Below are positions 61,101 to 64,000 of a stretch of DNA of 64,000 nt, in pieces. Origin of the DNA: Vicugna vicugna (taxonomy: Eukaryota); contig MU058444.1 in the NCBI GenBank assembly GCA_013265495.1, forward strand, positions 2,666,001 to 2,730,000, written 5' to 3'. Every line of letters starts with the position of its first letter. Within the stretch, counting starts at the first letter, position 1. The position numbers and the translations under genes are program-made. The notes beneath the pieces are model-generated. The model did not search any database. It saw nothing but the letters and a program-made list of their open reading frames with translations, and was not told the origin of the DNA.

Positions 61101-64000
61101 ATGGTTTGGATTCATCCCAGTTCCAGTGGGTTTTATCACAGGTTATCCCAATCTGTGGTTGATAGGGTTTTGTTTTCTTTCTCTTGGTTATGACTAATAC
61201 TGCTGCTTGGAACACTCTAGGACATCTTTGACAGACACATTTCAGTGGGTTACAGGGCTAGGAGTGGAGCTGCAGGGTGTAGGGCACGTCAGTGTTCTGC
61301 TTTAGTGGACTGGGACTCTAATGCATTTGTCCTGCTGGCCTGTGGGTTGAGGAGAGTTCTGGCCTCAGTTTCTTTGGGTTGAAAGAAGAGGGACAGTGAC
61401 TTGCTGCCTCAGGCTGTGCTTGGCTTTCTCCTGGGTCGGTCAGGGCCAAGTCTAGTTGAGAGGTTGTCCTTATCATGCAGGAGAGGGGATGGAGTGTGTC
61501 GTCTGGGAAGCTTTCCCGACTCCTGTGCACAGCTGAGGGCTGGGAGGAGGGAAGGGGTTTCTTTCCGGGCTGTGACGATGGAGCCATCTAAGCCTCTTAC
61601 AGTGGTTTCTTGATTACTGTCCTTCCCGGTGAGGAAGGTTTTGCCCTTGGAGTATGTAATTGAAAACTTTGGAAATATTCTCACAGGATGAGAAGAATTG
61701 CCCTAAAGGCTTAGAAAAAGGTATTTTAATTAGCGCTAGAGGGTGAAATAAATGGTGCTGGGGGAAGTCTTAAGCTGATAGAAGAAATTTACCCCAGGTG
61801 ATATCTGAACGCTTGTTTTTAACCTTGGATCGTGTGATTTTTATTAGGATGTAACAAATCTGGCTTCTGAACATGCTGTAGGGCGAGGTTGGGCATTGTG
61901 CTCTTGTTTGATGAGAACCCTTTCCTCACCCTGTTGATCCCTTGAGACTCCGCCTGGCACCACTTCCTCCAGGAAACCTCCCTGAGCCCAGGATCGTGTT
62001 GAGTGTCCCTCCTTTGTGCTCGCACAGCGCCCTGCATTCAACCAAACCACAGTGGAGTTATTCCGACTAGTGTTTTTCTCCTCAGCTAAAACGTAAGCTC
62101 TTTGAGAGGCAGGGGTTGGTCTTAATTAGCATTTCTGTTTGGTGTAACACAGGGTCAGTGCTCAGCAACAGTTTGTGGAGCTGACAGTTACTATAATAAC
62201 AATGATGGCTTCCGCTTGTCCACGTGTAGTTTATGCCTTATCTCATTGGCTCCGCACCCCAGGCCTCTGACATAGACAGGATGACAGCGTGCACTGTGCA
62301 GACCAGGAAAGAGCCGCTCAGAGAGCCTAAGTTATTGGTCCTGCGTTTTGTTGGCCAGGGTCTGCTGGGGCCATGGCTGGGCCTCGGGCTTTCTGACTGT
62401 GCCCCCTCGGGTCTTCTGCTGATAACTGTGCCTTTGCGATGAGTTGTATTATCCGAGGATTTAGATCCTCAAACTCTGAGTATTAGGGTCCAGTTACAGA
62501 GCAGGCAAAAAGGGTGAATTTGGAGCCGAGATGTAATCAGTTGATGATCAGTTAGGGAAAAGAGCGAGGGGAAGATACATTTCTTTGCTTTCACATAACA
62601 GTTTGAGAAGCTTTAGCCAGTTCTTTCAGTTAATTGTTTTTTTTAATAACTTTTTGTTCGCCCACATGTTGTTTTCGGTACTAGGAGCACAATACTTAAC
62701 AGGAGAGAGGAAATTTCTTCTCTTACAGAGCATATATTCTAGTGGGAGGTAGACAGTGACCAAGGAAGTGGACAGTAACGATATGACAGGGCGGAGCCAG
62801 CTGAGCAGGTGTCCAGGGAAGTGCATTCAGGGCAGGAGTCACGATGCCGAGGCCCCGGGGAGGGAAGGGCAGCGTTTTGGCGGAATGAGGAAGGTGGGTG
62901 CAGCTGGAGGGGAGTGAGCTTGCTGTGGGCGGTACCCGGGGAGACGGCGGCGGCTGCTCGTGGGACTGGGAGTCGACCAGGGTGGGGAGTTTGATGTGTA
63001 GCCTAAAGCGGTGGAAACCCACTGGATGGTTTTGAAAAAGGGATTGATATGACCTGATTAATATTTAATGTAGGTTATTGTGGCTGCTGTTTGAAAACCA
63101 CTTTGGAAGGATGGAAGCGGAAGGCCATCTCCTGGTTTATCACTTTAATCTAGATGGTGGCTTGCAGTAGGGTGGCTATGGTGGTTATGGTCCAGAGAGG
63201 TCCCTGGATTTCAGTTACTTGTTTGAACTGTTGTTCATATGACAGATTGGGTGTGAGAGAAAAACAGGAATCAGGATGGTAATGGTAGTGATGCTTAAAC
63301 TTAGTGAAAACTTAGTATTTGCCAGGTGCTCTTCTAAATGCTCTATGTGAGTTAGCGCATTTACTCTCCATAGTAACCTGGTGAGGTGGGTACCACCGTC
63401 ACTCTCAGAGGTGTATAGTATCTTTGCCCAGGTAGTGATGCCTTTTACTAGGATGTGGAAGACTGTGAGAGATGTCCACAGAAGAAAACCAAGAGTTCTG
63501 CTCTGATCACGTTCAGTGGGAGGTGCTGAACTGTCATCCGAGTGGAGATGGCAGGTATGAAGTTGGGCTTACATCTGGGTTTCTGGGGAGGATGAGTGAA
63601 GCCATGAGACTGGGGTTCACGCAGGAAGTCGTGGGAGGAGGAAGCCCACAGCTGAGCTCGGGTTTCCACACGCCGTACTCTGTGTCACTGGTGGGGCATG
63701 CTTGCTTTGTTTCTGAAAAATGGGATAGTTTCTTAAGTTGTAGCTGAATGTCTTTAAGATAGATTCTTTTTCTTACATGGTGTGACTAATTTCACTTTCT
63801 GTTTGTGAGATTCATTATTAGAAGGTGCTGGTAAAACTTTGAAAAACAGACTTTCAGAAAACATGTATACACTTCTCATTTAGCTGCAGAAGGAAGGACT
63901 TTGAGAAGCTCCCTAGCAAACACTGACAGTGAGGAAGCAGCTCTTTCTTGGAATCTCAGAGCAAAGTAAGGATTTTCTTTTTTTTGAAAAGGATATTCTT

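Larger units (their letters stand above)
21150..64000 (+). other. PRIM2: PRIM2 gene locus, 5' part (exons 1-7; continues beyond window)
   Basis: Six coding exons splice in frame to [234 protein letters not shown], recognisable as the N-terminal half of eukaryotic primase large subunit. Start coordinate approximate. Confidence 0.97.

Overview
Mammalian nuclear genomic DNA, most likely a camelid, judging from tRNA-Ala-derived SINEs that resemble the camelid Vic-1 family. Bases 1-20.5 kb are intergenic and repeat-rich. A CpG-island promoter at about 20.6-21.7 kb drives PRIM2 (DNA primase large subunit p58) on the + strand. A probable non-coding exon 1 and coding exons 2-7 are present (702 nt, 234 codons, all GT-AG with consistent phases); intron 5 is about 28 kb and the gene runs off the right edge. 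The rest is L1, SINE, LTR, MIR/L2 and Tigger-type remnants, and nearly all entries in the ORF track are spurious or L1 debris. I find no convincing new multi-gene system. The best observations are: a perfect 19-bp inverted repeat of tandem ETS sites at the promoter; a micro-duplication adding about 3 residues in exon 6; a GC3-skewed exon 3; and several atypical L1 integration products (105-bp flanking duplication with a fold-back junction, a 3' transduction, internally deleted L1s). Comparisons with human PRIM2 and with repeat consensus sequences are from memory and need confirming by alignment.
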